Shown: piece after piece, positions 62,268 through 64,000 of the stretch
Layout: every line of letters starts with the position of its first letter
Position numbering within the stretch: position 1 is the first letter of the stretch
Assembly (NCBI GenBank): GCA_963841015.1
Contig: CAWJAX010000005.1
Span: 480,001-544,000, forward strand
Direction of reading: 5' to 3'
DNA length: 64,000 nt
DNA from: an uncultured Methanoregulaceae archaeon
GTDB lineage: Archaea; Halobacteriota; Methanomicrobia; Methanomicrobiales; Methanospirillaceae
Program-made: the position numbers and the translations under genes
The notes under the pieces: generated by a model
What the model saw: the letters and a program-made list of their open reading frames with translations, nothing else
Told to the model about the DNA's origin: nothing
The model's database searches: none

Positions 62268-63164
62268 GAGGATGCCTCCTTGACTTCAGTGTACGGGCCG
62301 TAGTTCTTGCGTGCCCAGACCTCAATGTACCGGTCGATGACCGTGAAGATGAGGATCATCAGGACACCGACAACGATTGCACCCCAGCCGGCACTGACCT
62401 GTTCAAAGAGAACCTGTACGCCAGATTTCCAGGAACACAATCAGACCAAAACAGACTCCTGATGCTGAACCACCAATCTTTGCGGTAAACCATCCGTTGT
62501 CCAGTGAGTTGCGTTCGCCGGCTTCAGCGTACCGGACGATGTTCCCCGATGCTGAGATCGGGACACCTGCACCGAACTTCTGGTTCTGGTACTGGCGTTC
62601 CTTTCCATAGTACGGGTTGCCTGTCGCAGAACCTGCTGCACCAAGTGCAATACCCCAGATCAGACCGAGCAGCGGCAGCGGGAACGGGTGTCCCAGTGCA
62701 CCGTTGATCAGGTGACAGAGTGTTACTACACAGAATATTGCGATAAAGGCATGTGCCATTGTGACCGATGTCATGGACTTGAGAACGTCCACGTAGACCG
62801 GCTGACCGAACTTGGCGAGACTTGCTGTCCTGCCAAGATACGCGGTTGTTGCATAGACGCCCTGTACAAAGACTGCGAGTACACAGCCAAGGACAATTGC
62901 GAGAACCGCGTTAATCTGCATCGCCATAAAAGCCCAGGCCAGACCTGCGCCGAGTGCACACCAGAGACCGTATGCTGGGGGTTCACCGGCAACCGCCTTA
63001 TTGAAGATGCGGTGCACGAAACCCATCTGCGGTGCGAGCTGAACCTGTGAGTTCGGGTCACCCTGGGACCCGATGTTGGATTCAGTATCTTCCGCAGAAC
63101 CGGCTATAGTGGCAAGAGCTCCTGTCAATGCAGTAATTCCAATGCCAAATACAATTTGTTCCAT
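62264..63164 (-). CDS. mtrE: Tetrahydromethanopterin S-methyltransferase subunit E (apparent frameshift near 62413)
   Basis: AEDTESNIGSQGDPNSQVQLAPQMG; after WRT the alternate frame reads VLFEQVSAGWGAIVVG...WARKNYGPYTEVKEASS*. Confidence 0.93.
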
Positions 63165-63264
63165 TTAGCCTCCTCCCTACGTGCGAATGCACGAGAGTAT
63201 TCAAAATGCAATGCCACGCACATTGAGTTAAAACTCTTTGTGGTTAGTGTAAAATTGGTGAGAG

Positions 63265-63282
63265 CTTAATTAAAAGGTTTCG
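63265..63282 (-). promoter_or_regulatory. Candidate BRE/TATA promoter of mtr operon
   Basis: Minus strand CGAAACCTTTTAATTAAG ~100 bp upstream of mtrE, which has a GGAGG SD. Confidence 0.5.
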
Positions 63283-63560
63283 AAACTTAATTTTCGAGAT
63301 CGCACTGTAAATCGCCCGAATTATAAAACCAGCGATAATATTGGTTTATTTAATCATGTAAATTTACTTTAACGAAAAAAAAGTTGAGTTAATGTGATCA
63401 TCGGGTTTTTTCTGTGCCATACTCCTTAAAATTCAGTTATCTTATCCAAGGAGGGCAAATGGTACTGTCTCTCCTTGAATTTAGGAATCCCGGGAATATT
63501 CCCCTGGCCCGTCCTGAGAGAATGGAATCGTAGGAAAAATTGAATTTTTTTTTAATTGTA

Positions 63561-64000
63561 TTATTGCGAAACTACCTTGTGCATCAATGCCATAACACCG
63601 GGTTTTGCTGCCTTGCGGGACCTTTTTGGGAAAGCATCCATCTCCATCATGGGGGATTCAAACATCTCCTTATTGAGCCGGTCATTGATCTCATCGAAGA
63701 TCCGGGTGTAAGCAGTGCAATGAGGATCTACCCCGCGGATTTCACCGGGTGTTGGCGCCATGGCATTATACGGGCATCCTCCCCGGCAATATTTTATATG
63801 CCGGCACTCCCCGCAGGCTGTATCCACATAGTTCTTAAACCGGCTCATCAGTTTCCCTGCATCAGATTGCATGAGGTCATCCATCCCAGGATGATCCCGT
63901 ACGTTACCCATAACGTATTCCGGCATTCCCACGAACCGATAACACGGGTAGATGCTCCCGTCAGGTCCGACAGCAAACGTGTTTCCCATGCAATCCACGT
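63561..64000 (-). CDS. Radical SAM/SPASM domain protein, C-terminal part (5'-truncated by window edge)
   Basis: C...AVGPDGSIYPCYRF...CGECRHIKYCRGGCPY...DPHC SPASM cysteine pattern. Confidence 0.85.
   Translation of the reverse strand, partial: VDCMGNTFAVGPDGSIYPCYRFVGMPEYVMGNVRDHPGMDDLMQSDAGKLMSRFKNYVDTACGECRHIKYCRGGCPYNAMAPTPGEIRGVDPHCTAYTRIFDEINDRLNKEMFESPMMEMDAFPKRSRKAAKPGVMALMHKVVSQ

Overview
Core-genome window of a hydrogenotrophic methanogenic archaeon, inferred to be Methanomicrobiales and Methanoregula-like from mtrEDCBA-F-A/G-H, mtd, mer, a PGF-CTERM S-layer protein and gene content. It holds the SRP RNA, four tRNAs, mdh, EF-1beta, nadXC, mtaB, iorAB plus an orphan DNA methyltransferase, cbf5/nop5/fibrillarin, thyA, AMP phosphorylase, a divergent tubulin/FtsZ (CetZ-like) gene, and the ribosomal superoperon (rpl3 to secY-adk-cmk). 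Five essential genes (mer, secY, mtrH, mtrD, mtrE) carry single-base frameshifts that are most likely sequencing or assembly errors. The unexplained signal is mostly non-coding. It includes a ~480-nt densely base-paired leader before rpl3, a family of structured MITE-like elements with TIRs and ~8-bp target duplications (one nested), a direct-repeat-flanked structured element after mer, and a switch-like leader before AMP phosphorylase. An AT-rich GNAT gene also sits between two diverged copies of a phospholipase D gene 3' end. No CRISPR array, rRNA or transposase was seen. All structures were paired by eye and no searches were run.
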